DNA of 64,000 nucleotides from positions 384,001-448,000 of the forward strand of contig CBDFKD010000002.1 in the NCBI GenBank assembly GCA_965248695.1, in the 5' to 3' direction. A program made the translations under genes and the position numbers. Below, piece by piece: positions 28,780 to 38,363 of this stretch. The notes beneath the pieces are model-generated. The model was not told the origin of the DNA. It saw only the letters and a list, made by a program, of their open reading frames with translations, and did not search any database. Position 1 is the stretch's first letter. Each line of letters starts with the position of its first letter. The DNA comes from Acidobacteriota bacterium. Its GTDB lineage: Bacteria; Acidobacteriota; UBA890; WLXD01.

Positions 28780-29499
28780 ATGGCAGCCAACGACGAGAAA
28801 CTGTCGAGACGTGGATTCCTGGGAGCGACGGCAGCCGCCGCTGTCGGCAGCGGGGCTCTCGGCGCGTCGGACCAGGAGCAAGCAGACGAGGAGCAATCCC
28901 GACAACTGATCTCGACGGTGAGGATCCCGAAACAGTCCGGGCGCGGCGTGTTTCTGGACCGCGACCAGTGGATCAAGGTCATCACCCCCGAGGGCACGCA
29001 GGTCTCGGACCTGTTCGCCTTCGTGCGCAACTCGCCGGATGAGTTCCTCTGCCCGCGCACGACGATGACTCGCCAACGTCGGCTTTACCCCCAGATCGGC
29101 GAACCTTTCTACAGCAACAAGCGGCGCCCGCTGCTGTTGCTCGAGGAGGACACCGTGGGCGTCCACGACCTCTTCTATCCGGCGTGCGATGTGTACATGT
29201 ACCGCGACTACTGGGATGACGAGAATCACCCGAGCTGTCGCGGCAACCTCAACGCCGTGCTGCAGGAGCTCGACTTCGAGCCAGGCGGCTATGCCGAGCC
29301 GCACAACCTGTTCCAGAACTCGCCAGCGATCGACATGGACGGCAACCTGCAGGTACGCGAGTCACCTGCGAAACCGGGAGACTACGTGCTGCTCAAGGCG
29401 CTCGATGACCTGCTCGTGGTGGCCACTGCATGTTCTGTCGATCGTGGCGTGCTCAACGGCGACCGGCCCAAGGGGATCGTGCTCGAGGTCTACGTGTGA
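28780..29499 (+). CDS. DUF1989 (urea carboxylase-associated) protein with Tat signal
   Basis: SRRGFLG twin-arginine motif; EGTQVSDL, DTVGVHD, SCRGNL, NLFQN, ACS. Confidence 0.85.
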   Translation: MAANDEKLSRRGFLGATAAAAVGSGALGASDQEQADEEQSRQLISTVRIPKQSGRGVFLDRDQWIKVITPEGTQVSDLFAFVRNSPDEFLCPRTTMTRQRRLYPQIGEPFYSNKRRPLLLLEEDTVGVHDLFYPACDVYMYRDYWDDENHPSCRGNLNAVLQELDFEPGGYAEPHNLFQNSPAIDMDGNLQVRESPAKPGDYVLLKALDDLLVVATACSVDRGVLNGDRPKGIVLEVYV

Positions 29500-31418
29500 C
29501 GACGGCTCGCCATCGGCGGCGCAGTGCGGCGGCGTGCCTTCTGCTTCTCGGCGCCGTCGGCGCTCCTGCGGCGGGGCAGCGTCCGGCGACCGGGGGTGGG
29601 ATCGTCCTGACCGACGCGACCATCCCGGAGCTGCAGCAGGCCATGGAGAGCGGAACGGTCACATCGGTCGAGCTCGTCGATGCGTATCTGGCCCGCATCG
29701 CAGCCTACGATCAAGACGGCCCACGTCTGAACGCGATCCTGCACATGAATCCGAAGGCTCGGGATCGCGCCGCTGCGCTCGACCGCGAACGCCACGACAG
29801 CGGGCCGCGCGGGCCACTGCACGGCATCCCAGTGATCCTCAAGGACAACTACGACACAGCCGACATGCCCACCTCGGCCGGCTCGGTGGCGCTTGCGGGT
29901 TTCGCCCCCGGCCGCGACGGCTTCCAGGTCCGTAAGCTCCGCTCCGCCGGGGCGGTGATTCTGGCCAAGGCGAACATGGAAGAGCTGGCAATGGGCATCA
30001 CCACGATCGGCTCACTGGGGGGGCAAACCCTCAATCCGTACGATCCGCGGCGCAACCCAGGCGGCTCGAGCGGCGGTACCGGGGCAGCGATCGCCGCCGG
30101 CTTCGCAGCCGTCGGCATGGGGTCGGATACCTGTGGCTCGATCCGGATCCCGGCGTCGCACAACAACCTCGTCGGGCTCCGACCCACCAAGGGTCTGTCG
30201 AGCATTGCCGGGATCGTTCCGTTGGCCCACACGCAGGACGTCGGCGGGCCGCTGGCCCGCAGCGTCACCGATCTGGCCATCGTGCTCGACGCGACGATCG
30301 GTCCCGACCCTGACGACCCGGCAACGCGGGCGCTCGACGGCCGCGAGCTACCGAGATTCACCGACGGACTCGCCGGCGCGTCGATCGCGGACACGCGCTT
30401 CGGCAAGCTCACGTCGCTGTTCGAACGGGACGTCGCCGAAGATCAGGTGATCGAGGTGATCGATGCTGCTCTCGAGCACCTCGTTGAGCAAGGCGCAGAG
30501 ATCATCGACGTCGAGGTGCCCGGATTGCAGGATCTGATCGAGGAATCCGGCGTTATCGGTCACGAGTTCAAGTTCGACTTCATCGACTATCTGGCGGCCC
30601 GGCCGGGCGCCCCGATACGCTCGCTCACCGAGATCCTCGAGCGCGGACTGCATCATCAGGCGATGACCAGCCGCTTCACGAATATCGACGAGACCGAGGA
30701 GCGTGACTCGGCGGACTACCTCGCGGCGCTCCGATGGCGCGAGATTCTCGCCGACGCCGTCGCTCAGGTGCTCGACGAGCACCAACTCGAAGCCATCGTC
30801 TACCCGACCATCGTGCAGCGTCCCAAGCACGTCGGCGAGCGCCAGCCAGGGAGCAACTGCTCGCTGAGCGCCCAGAGCGGATTGCCGGCTATCTCGGTTC
30901 CAGCCGGCTTCACCGACGACGGGCTACCCGTAGGAATGGAGCTACTCGGGCGATCGTTCGACGACGTCCGACTGGTGAGGCTAGCGCATGCCTTCGAACA
31001 GACCACGGACCACCATCGGTCGCCTGCGACGACCCCACGCCTGGTCAATGGAGCCGCACCGGAGCCGGTTTCCTTCCGCGTGTCCGTCGCTGCCGAGGGT
31101 GAGATCGAAGCCGGAGGTTCGCCGATCGGAGGGGTCGCATTCATGTTCGATCCGACGCGTAATCGCCTCGCTTACGAGTTGAGCCTCAGCGCAGGCGAGG
31201 CGGAGAGGATCCTGGCAGTGACTCTCCATCGAGGCGAGCGAGGTGACGGACCCGTCATTGCGAGGCTTGCAGGCATCGGCGCCCGGCGAACAGCCGGCGA
31301 GCTCCAACTACGTCCCGCCGATCGCCTGGCGCTCGATCAAGGCGAGATTCATGTCCGAGTGTTCACGCGCAACGATCCGCTGGGCCTGACACGCGGGCAG
31401 CTCACACTGCCGCAGTGA
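29496..31418 (+). CDS. Secreted amidase-signature enzyme with C-terminal CHRD domain
   Basis: LKDN, GGSSGG, GSDTCGSIRIP; C-terminal LH..G..GPV...GQL CHRD pattern; GTGA overlap. Confidence 0.88.
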   Translation: MTTARHRRRSAAACLLLLGAVGAPAAGQRPATGGGIVLTDATIPELQQAMESGTVTSVELVDAYLARIAAYDQDGPRLNAILHMNPKARDRAAALDRERHDSGPRGPLHGIPVILKDNYDTADMPTSAGSVALAGFAPGRDGFQVRKLRSAGAVILAKANMEELAMGITTIGSLGGQTLNPYDPRRNPGGSSGGTGAAIAAGFAAVGMGSDTCGSIRIPASHNNLVGLRPTKGLSSIAGIVPLAHTQDVGGPLARSVTDLAIVLDATIGPDPDDPATRALDGRELPRFTDGLAGASIADTRFGKLTSLFERDVAEDQVIEVIDAALEHLVEQGAEIIDVEVPGLQDLIEESGVIGHEFKFDFIDYLAARPGAPIRSLTEILERGLHHQAMTSRFTNIDETEERDSADYLAALRWREILADAVAQVLDEHQLEAIVYPTIVQRPKHVGERQPGSNCSLSAQSGLPAISVPAGFTDDGLPVGMELLGRSFDDVRLVRLAHAFEQTTDHHRSPATTPRLVNGAAPEPVSFRVSVAAEGEIEAGGSPIGGVAFMFDPTRNRLAYELSLSAGEAERILAVTLHRGERGDGPVIARLAGIGARRTAGELQLRPADRLALDQGEIHVRVFTRNDPLGLTRGQLTLPQ

Positions 31419-31475
31419 TCAGGCCAGCGACCGCCACTGTCCGGTCGCACGCGGGCACGAAACGCAGGCCGCTAG

Positions 31476-32213
31476 CTACTTCCTGACCAGGAACATCTCG
31501 TGCACGCCCGGCTCGACTTCGGAGTGCTCGAGGGGTCGCACCACCGCGTCAACGAAGCCCACCTCGGCCAACAACGCCAGCCAATCATCGCGCCAGAAAA
31601 GGCCGCAGATTGCCCGATCGTGCTCGACGCGCACCGTTCCGTCAGCCGTCCGGAGCATGTAGGCCATGTCGTGCGTGTAGCTCGTATCGGTGGGATCGGG
31701 ATCGAAGGTCCACTCGAGATAGCGGAGCGCTCGTCCGTCGCCGTCGTGCCCGCCCTGATCCGTCGACGGCTGGAAGTTGTCGCGCAGGTGATCGGGACAT
31801 ACCAGCATCGCGCCGCCGGGCGCGCAGTGGATAAAGGCCGTCTCCAGGGCCGCCCGGAGGTCCTCCTTAGTCGACATGTAGTCGATGGCATCGTGGATGA
31901 ACACGGCATCGAACTGTCGACCCAGCCGCAGTGTGCGCATGTCGCCCTCGACGTGCTCACACTCCGGATTCAGCGCCCGACTCACCTCCAGCATCCCGGG
32001 AGCGACATCGACCAGCGTCAACTCGAAATGGCTCTTCAGGTGCGAGGCGTTGTTACCGCCCCCGCTACCGAGCTCGAGCACGGTCCGCGGCGCCGATTCG
32101 GTCGCCTCGACCAGGATATGACGGTAGATCTCCGCCTCCTCGGCGTATTCCCGTGGCGCCGATAGCAACGGCCACCACGACGCCAGCTCGTCGTACAGCT
32201 TCGGCAAGCCCAT
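31476..32213 (-). CDS. Class I SAM-dependent methyltransferase
   Basis: VLELGSGGG, GDMR, FDAV. Confidence 0.88.
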   Translation of the reverse strand: MGLPKLYDELASWWPLLSAPREYAEEAEIYRHILVEATESAPRTVLELGSGGGNNASHLKSHFELTLVDVAPGMLEVSRALNPECEHVEGDMRTLRLGRQFDAVFIHDAIDYMSTKEDLRAALETAFIHCAPGGAMLVCPDHLRDNFQPSTDQGGHDGDGRALRYLEWTFDPDPTDTSYTHDMAYMLRTADGTVRVEHDRAICGLFWRDDWLALLAEVGFVDAVVRPLEHSEVEPGVHEMFLVRK

Positions 32214-32227
32214 CGTTTTCGCTGCCA

Positions 32228-32285
32228 CTAGCAGGCCGTGGTGGAAGTGTGGCGGGCCTGGTTGCGACGAGTTGGGGCCAGATGC
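32228..32285. repeat. Truncated MITE left end (58 bp)
   Basis: CTAGCAGGCCGTGGTGGAAGTGTGGCGGGCCTGGTTGCGACGAGTTGGGGCCAGATGC matches the 26671 and 38085 copies. Confidence 0.85.
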
Positions 32286-32324
32286 GGTGCAGACCGAGGC
32301 GCGTCGAGCCGAGGGCGCCGAGCG

Positions 32325-32810
32325 TCAGGCACCGGGTGCGCTCATGTTCGGTAGATCGATCTCCTTGATGCAAGTTGGGCGCGAGACCGCGAGCACGCAA
32401 TCCAGCACGGCCAGCAGGTCCTCCATCGGTACCGCGTCGCCACGGTCGATCGCTCCGGGGCCGAGCTCCTCGAGAACCTCCGCGGTGCCTACGTCACCCG
32501 GATTGATGACCGTGACACCGATTCGCTGCGGGCGTAGCTCGGCCCGCAGCGCGTGCACCACGCCGCGCAGCCCGAACTTGGAGGCCGCATACGCGACCTC
32601 ACGAAACGGCACGTTGTCCTTCGTTGTTGCCCCGGCCGCGCTCGCCACACACGCAACGCCTTCCGGGGTGGACAGGTCTGCCGGCACCCAGGTGCCATGC
32701 TTCGCTTCGGTGCGCGAGACCGAGAACAGCGTGTCTACTCGAGGTTCGAGATGGGCGGCGACCGCCGCACCGATCCCCCGACTGGCGCCGGCAACGACCA
32801 CGTTCCTCAT
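32325..32810 (-). pseudogene. SDR oxidoreductase with in-frame internal deletion
   Basis: GASRGIG and YAASK present but only 161 aa; NNAG/central region absent. Confidence 0.7.
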
Positions 32811-33247
32811 CAGCGCTGGTTCGAGTTGTCCATATCGGAGAAAATCAGCCAGCGGCCATCTGCGCCCTTTCTGAGCGTCAGAGTGAACTTGCCGGCGTCC
32901 GGATTGCCCTGCTCCTGTGTGTAGCCGCCGATGATGTAGGCGACCTCACCCGCGGCCTCGTAGGCAATGGCGCGCAACGAGAGCGGCCCACCGCCGTCTC
33001 CGTAGTACGCCGCGATCGCCGCTCGCCCGCGTACCGGCGGGCGGCCTCCGGCGAGCACGAACCCGTCTTCGGCGAACAACGGCGCCAGGGCAACACCACC
33101 GACCCGATACGCCGTCTCGTAATCCGTGAGTACCCGAGCCAACTCCGGCGGGAGCACGACGCTCGGTTGTGCGTTTGTACCTTCCTGTGTTGCTCCCGAC
33201 AATGCCAGGATCGCCAGCAAGCCTGTGGTTATCAACGGCGTCCGCAT
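32810..33247 (-). CDS. Secreted NTF2-like/DUF4440 protein
   Basis: Signal peptide; LFAEDG, VRGRAAI, GKF..LRK..DGRWLI..D. Confidence 0.8.
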   Translation of the reverse strand: MRTPLITTGLLAILALSGATQEGTNAQPSVVLPPELARVLTDYETAYRVGGVALAPLFAEDGFVLAGGRPPVRGRAAIAAYYGDGGGPLSLRAIAYEAAGEVAYIIGGYTQEQGNPDAGKFTLTLRKGADGRWLIFSDMDNSNQR

Positions 33248-33289
33248 GTTCATCTCCAACTGCGCGCGGTGGGATCCGAAGTCAGGCCA

Positions 33290-33670
33290 CTACGTCCGCT
33301 GACGTGCGGCAAGCCATCCGCCGAACAAGCCAGCGACGATACGCCCCACGTTCGACACGACGAAAATCAGCTGAAAAGCCGTCCCGCTGGCAACGAGTAT
33401 CGCGACATCAATGGCAGCAACCGCGACGCCGAGAACGGTCCCGTTCAGCATATGCGACGCTGCAAGGCCCCTCGCAACCCACCAGCCGCCCACCACGCAG
33501 GCGCCGAACCCGGCGATCGGGCCCACCCAATACCCCAGCTGTTCCGCGTACGCCTGCGCAGCGACTGCGTCGTTCGGACCGAAGATCGCCACGAGCAGCA
33601 CAAGTACCAAGACGGCGGCTATTTCGGCGACAACCGCAGCAACCAGGATTCGACCGACGCGAACGTTCAT
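33290..33670 (-). CDS. Small 4-TM membrane protein
   Basis: Hydrophobic ORF with GGAG RBS. Confidence 0.6.
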   Translation of the reverse strand: MNVRVGRILVAAVVAEIAAVLVLVLLVAIFGPNDAVAAQAYAEQLGYWVGPIAGFGACVVGGWWVARGLAASHMLNGTVLGVAVAAIDVAILVASGTAFQLIFVVSNVGRIVAGLFGGWLAARQRT

Positions 33671-33813
33671 CCTAGGCTCCGCCGGTAAGCGCGTCGGCCA
33701 GCGCGCTCTCGGAAACGGCGGCGAGTATGTCGTCGATCGTGCGATCGATGTTCGAAAGGGTTGCTCGGTGTTCCGGCGTCATGACTGTCTGTCTCACTGC
33801 TCTGGAAAATCGG

Positions 33814-34164
33814 TTACTTCGGGCGCTCCAGGTACTCCTTGAGCGCGACGGCGTTGTTGTATCGAGTTTCACGCGATGCGAACACGAACGTAACTGGGCC
33901 ATCATCCAGGTGCCTCGAGATCGCATCGAGCGGGGCACGGCAATCACCCAACTCGTTGAAATAGCGACGTTTGAACTCCGGCCACTTGTCGGGATCGTGG
34001 TCGAACCAGCGCCGCAGCTCAGCCGACGGTGCCGTTTCCTTGGCCCAAAGATCAATCCTCGCATCCTCCTTGGACACCCCACGGGGCCAGAGGCGCTCGA
34101 CTAGGATCCGGAAACCATCAGATCGTGCGGCGGGCTCGTAGGCACGCTTGAGCAGGATCGCCAA
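33814..34164 (-). CDS. DUF488/YeaO-family protein
   Basis: KRAYE, RILVERLWPRGVSK, APSAELRRWF. Confidence 0.9.
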   Translation of the reverse strand: MAILLKRAYEPAARSDGFRILVERLWPRGVSKEDARIDLWAKETAPSAELRRWFDHDPDKWPEFKRRYFNELGDCRAPLDAISRHLDDGPVTFVFASRETRYNNAVALKEYLERPK

Positions 34165-34204
34165 ACTCGACTCCGTTTTCGTTACCGAGGCAACGCGCCG
34201 CTAC

Positions 34205-35464
34205 TCAGCTCCACTGTCGCCACGCCATCCAGCCGAAGAAAGCAATCGCCGCGGTCAGCGCAGCGACCGTGGACCGCTGGTTGACGTGGTCACCAACCCA
34301 GTCGCGCCGCCCGTTGAGGATCAACAGAACCAGCGCCAGCATCGGGATGAACATGGCGCCGATTACCGCGTAGAGCTTCTGAATCTCCCGGAAGCTCATG
34401 AACAACCCCAGCATCGGTACGAACGCGATCGCCAATAGGTACACCCGGTAGGGGGTGGATCGGGAATCGATGGTCTGGCCCGGCTCACGCCCCGTCGCGT
34501 CGGATTCCTGGATGAACAATCGCCAGATGTCGCCGAACAGATACGGCACCGACTGCCAGACACCCAGCAAGCTGCTGAACACCGCTCCGAACGCGCCCAG
34601 GAGAAAGAACCAGCGGCCCCAGAAGCCCAACGAGGTTTCCAGGCTGTCGGCGAGCTCCACTAGAAGACCAGCCCCGGCCCCCTCGATTCGCAGCGTGGTA
34701 CCGATGATGACCATCGCGATCCCGAAAACCACGGTCATGGCGTACGCAACGCCGAGGTCGATCCGGCACGTCGCGAGATATTCGGTTCCGACCCGTCCTT
34801 TCTCTCGAATCCAGTAGCCATAGCACAGCACCGTAAGCGTCCCGCCGACGCCGCCGACCAGCGCCACGGTCCAGGTAGTCCCTTCGCCGCCGGCGTGCGG
34901 GATCGAGGGCACGAACAAACCGCGCAGCACCTCCTCGAGGCCCGGGTTCAGAAGAGCGGCGGTCACCAGGACAGTGCCGAACATCACCGCGATGCAGACG
35001 CTCATCACCTTCTCGAACAGAGCGAATCCACCGACTCCCACGAGCCCCAAGCCGACCAGACTCGACAAGATGCCGAACGCGACCTTGCCATCGGCCGCAT
35101 CCGCAAAGGCCGGGATCATGGCGTGCAACGTTACGCCGCAAGCGCTCATGAGCGCCGAGCCGACGAAGAACGTCCATAGGAAGAGGTAGGGCAGGAACAC
35201 CCAACCAACCGGACGGCCGAGCCGCCGTGTCCCTTCCAGAAGGGTCTCCCCCGTCGCCAGCTGCCAACGCGTCAGACCCTCGTTCAGAACGAACTTGAAG
35301 AACCCACCGACGACGACCGCCCAGAGCACCGCGGTACCCAGCTGGCTGCCCGTGAAGCTGGCAGTAGCGAGATCACCGGCCCCGACGCCCGTGGCTGCAA
35401 CCAGCAGCCCGGGCCCGATCACCAAGAGCGCGCGCCGCACTCTAGCGACTCCCCGAAGGCTCAT
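34205..35464 (-). CDS. Nramp-like divalent metal transporter
   Basis: [15 protein letters not shown], ~11 TM helices. Confidence 0.82.
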   Translation of the reverse strand: MSLRGVARVRRALLVIGPGLLVAATGVGAGDLATASFTGSQLGTAVLWAVVVGGFFKFVLNEGLTRWQLATGETLLEGTRRLGRPVGWVFLPYLFLWTFFVGSALMSACGVTLHAMIPAFADAADGKVAFGILSSLVGLGLVGVGGFALFEKVMSVCIAVMFGTVLVTAALLNPGLEEVLRGLFVPSIPHAGGEGTTWTVALVGGVGGTLTVLCYGYWIREKGRVGTEYLATCRIDLGVAYAMTVVFGIAMVIIGTTLRIEGAGAGLLVELADSLETSLGFWGRWFFLLGAFGAVFSSLLGVWQSVPYLFGDIWRLFIQESDATGREPGQTIDSRSTPYRVYLLAIAFVPMLGLFMSFREIQKLYAVIGAMFIPMLALVLLILNGRRDWVGDHVNQRSTVAALTAAIAFFGWMAWRQWS

Positions 35465-35900
35465 GCTCGAGCAGCTGCTTGAGCCGGGCCAGGTCTTTGC
35501 GGTTGGCGCGACGAATCATGAACGACATAAACGGCGCCATCCAGGCGGAGAACCCCGACGGGCGTCCGCGATTACGCAGAGACATACGCGTCGATGCTTC
35601 GTCGATGGCCTCCCACGCGTAGCTCGTCTGCATCGGAAACGGGCCCTCCGCGGTCCGCATGACGAAGCGCTCGTGCGGAACCAACTCGACAATTTCATAC
35701 GTGTACTCGAGACGGCGTCCGAGGAAGTGCGCCACGAATGCAATACGCGATCCGACCACGGCGGGCGGCGGCGTCCTCCACTCGACCGACTTGATGTTGA
35801 CGTACCACTCCGGCGCATTGTCAGGATCCGAAGCGTAGCTGGCCACATCCTCAGGTGGACAAGCGATCACGATCTCGGTAGAGACGTCAACCTCGGCCAT
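35442..35900 (-). CDS. SRPBCC (polyketide cyclase-like) protein
   Basis: DPDNAPEWY...[10 protein letters not shown]. Confidence 0.85.
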   Translation of the reverse strand: MAEVDVSTEIVIACPPEDVASYASDPDNAPEWYVNIKSVEWRTPPPAVVGSRIAFVAHFLGRRLEYTYEIVELVPHERFVMRTAEGPFPMQTSYAWEAIDEASTRMSLRNRGRPSGFSAWMAPFMSFMIRRANRKDLARLKQLLEHEPSGSR

Positions 35901-36078
35901 CGGTCAGGTTCCGGCCTTTTCCGCCACACGGCGAACAGGCGATATGATCCGGCACGATCCATTCAGCGTCGCGAACAACAGCCTCGGCGAGGCGCAGCAC
36001 GAATGCAACCGGCTCCACGCTCGGTCCCTATGAGATCCGCGAGACGGTGGACTTCCTGGACCCGGTGACGGCTCAGAA

Positions 36079-36582
36079 CTAGCCGGAGGTGCCGGCCGCC
36101 GGAGCGCTCAGACGATAGCGGATGAAGCGCTCGCCCGCGATGATCGTCTCGCCGTCCTCGCGAAAACCCAGACGCAGCATCCCGGCGACGCGTGTTCTGC
36201 TCGGAGGAAGCAGCGCGATCACCGATTGCAGGCCGAGATCGCCAAAGGCGTGGTCGAGGATTCGGTGGCACAGGAATCTGCCCGCGCCCCAGTGTTCCGG
36301 ACTCAGCACGAGCCCAACGTCGGTGTCCTCACCCTCCGGCTGCAGTCCACCCCAACCGACGAATTCGTCCCCCAACATGAACGCCCAGGGCCCGTAGCCG
36401 TGCTCCTCCCACATACGTTCCTTGCTTGCGACGAACTCGTCGCAGTCCGCTGCACCGAACGTACCGTCGGCGAGTGGCAGATGCCGCCGAACCGCGGGGT
36501 CGTTCATGAGCCGGATGATGGCGCTCGACTTCACGTCGCGGAGTCGCCGGAACGCGATCCGCCGGCGATCGGGCCGGCTCAT
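36079..36582 (-). CDS. GNAT (RimJ/RimL-like) acetyltransferase
   Basis: FVGWGGL, HWGAG, RLGF. Confidence 0.8.
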   Translation of the reverse strand: MSRPDRRRIAFRRLRDVKSSAIIRLMNDPAVRRHLPLADGTFGAADCDEFVASKERMWEEHGYGPWAFMLGDEFVGWGGLQPEGEDTDVGLVLSPEHWGAGRFLCHRILDHAFGDLGLQSVIALLPPSRTRVAGMLRLGFREDGETIIAGERFIRYRLSAPAAGTSG

Positions 36583-36708
36583 CTTGTGGCGCCGAGCACA
36601 GTGCCGGCATACAAGGCCTCGAGAAACTGCCGAATCTTCTTATTGGTCAGGTAGAAGCCGCTCAACCGCGAATCCACCGTCCGGGACCGGCGCTACTTGA
36701 TTGGCAGG

Positions 36709-37503
36709 TCACGGCTTGTTCGCCCGGAAGTTGATACCGACGGTGCCGAACTCGCTGGCGCTCGATGCTTGTGGAGCACCGTCGAAGACCTCGGCTTTCC
36801 AGGTGATCTCGAAGTCGGTGAACCCTGCAGCGACGACCGTCGCTTCGAGCTCTGCTTCCAGCAGAGCGCCGGCGATTCAGCCGGTCCACAAATCGATCTT
36901 CTGTTTCGCAGCCTCGGACACTTCGCGGTCAACCAGAATATCGCCGATCTGCAGCCGGCCGCCGGGGCGCAGCACGCGATGCATCTCGCCCAGGGTCTTT
37001 TGCTTGTCGGGCGTCAGGTTGAGCACACCGTTGGAGATCACCACGTCGGCCCAGCCGTCGGGCACGGGAATCTCCTTCATGTAGGCCTCGCGAAACTCGA
37101 CGTTGTCGACGCCCGATTCGGCGGCAGCGGCGCGCGCCCGATCGAGCATCGCCGGGGTCATGTCGATGCCGACGACCTGGCCGCCGGGGGCGACCATGCG
37201 AGCCGCAACGAGCGCGTCGATTCCACCGCCCGATCCGACATCCACCACGTTCTCGCCGGAGGCCAGCTCGCCCATGGCAAACGGGTTGCCAGTGCCGGCA
37301 AACGATTCAACGGCCGATTCCGAAACACCTTCGAGCCACGCATCCTTGTAACCCACGATCTCGGTCAGCGGTCGGCCAGTATGGAAGTGGAAACCCTTGC
37401 CCGGATCCTCCGCGACTTCCCTGTACTCGTGCTGGATGGCCCGCCGCAGGGTTTCGGTATCGACATCGATCGCCTGCGCCACGAGTGAACGATCTGCCGG
37501 CAT
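36709..37503 (-). CDS. Putative selenocysteine-containing ArsM-like SAM methyltransferase (UGA at 36877-36879 recoded)
   Basis: VVDVGSGGG, GIDMT, ADVVISN, LRPGG; frame continues after TGA as IAGALLEAEL...RANKP*; SECIS-like hairpin. Confidence 0.85.
36841..36876 (-). promoter_or_regulatory. Bacterial SECIS-like element
   Basis: After UGA: AUCGCCGGC GCUCUGCU-GGA-AGCAGAGC; 8-bp perfect stem with a G-initiated loop 17 nt from UGA. Confidence 0.8.
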
Positions 37504-37567
37504 ATCTCTCCCCCTTCTCTCTCCGCGCAGTGCGGCTTTCGGTCTTTCGGAATGGAGGCTCACCGAG

Positions 37568-38059
37568 CTACAGGCCTTTCGGCTCTCGAAGTCGGCCCGC
37601 GCCCCGCGTCAGCCACGTTAGGCCGAGTCCGACGAGCGCACCGGCTGCCTTCACCAAAGTCCCGTTCGGGAGACCAGCGGTATCATCAGCTCGCAGGAGA
37701 CGCCAAATCACGCCGAACTCACTTTCCCGAACCTCGGAAGCTGTGAGCGGCGACAGTGAGTCTGTTTGGACGAGATGAACCAGGCTCAAGTCACCGAGGA
37801 TGAAGAAGCCCAGCACGGCCACGACGATCCCCTTGTGCGCTGGCGCGACTACATGCGCAGTACAGAGGGCGACCCATGCGTATACGAGGCCTGAAAGGAA
37901 GGCGGACGAATAGACGAGCGCTCCACTCGAACCGCCCGCTCCCGCGGGGTACAGCGAGCCAAGCACGCCCGCTGCCAGAAACCCAGCGATCACCGAGACC
38001 GGGAAAAGAACCGTCCACCGAAGCCACCGTGGTACCTGCTCGATCACTGCTCCAGGCAT
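37568..38059 (-). CDS. Membrane protein, unknown function
   Basis: Hydrophobic ORF with GAGG RBS. Confidence 0.55.
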   Translation of the reverse strand: MPGAVIEQVPRWLRWTVLFPVSVIAGFLAAGVLGSLYPAGAGGSSGALVYSSAFLSGLVYAWVALCTAHVVAPAHKGIVVAVLGFFILGDLSLVHLVQTDSLSPLTASEVRESEFGVIWRLLRADDTAGLPNGTLVKAAGALVGLGLTWLTRGAGRLREPKGL

Positions 38060-38084
38060 GCGCGCCTCGCGACGGGAAGAAGAG

Positions 38085-38363
38085 CTAGTAGGCCGTGGTG
38101 GAAGTGTGGCGGGCCTGGTTGCGACGAGTTGGTGCCAGATGCAAGGCGGCCTGACGCAGGCGATGCCCTAGCCATCGTCGAGGAGGGCCAACGCCGCAGA
38201 TGGCCCCAAATCGCCGCAACCCTTTGGGCGACAGGGGGTTGCGCGTGTATGCTGCGTCGTTCGTCGTCAACGATGGGGTAACCATCGCCTCCTCCTCTCT
38301 CCTTGCCTCCACCTCGCAAGACCCTGTCGCCAGGCCCGCCACACTTCCACCACGGCCTGCTAG
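38085..38363. mobile_element. CTAG-flanked MITE, full copy (279 bp)
   Basis: ~34-bp terminal inverted repeats CTAGTAGGCCGTGGTGGAAGTGTGGCGGGCCTGG / CCAGGCCCGCCACACTTCCACCACGGCCTGCTAG; no transposase. Confidence 0.88.
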
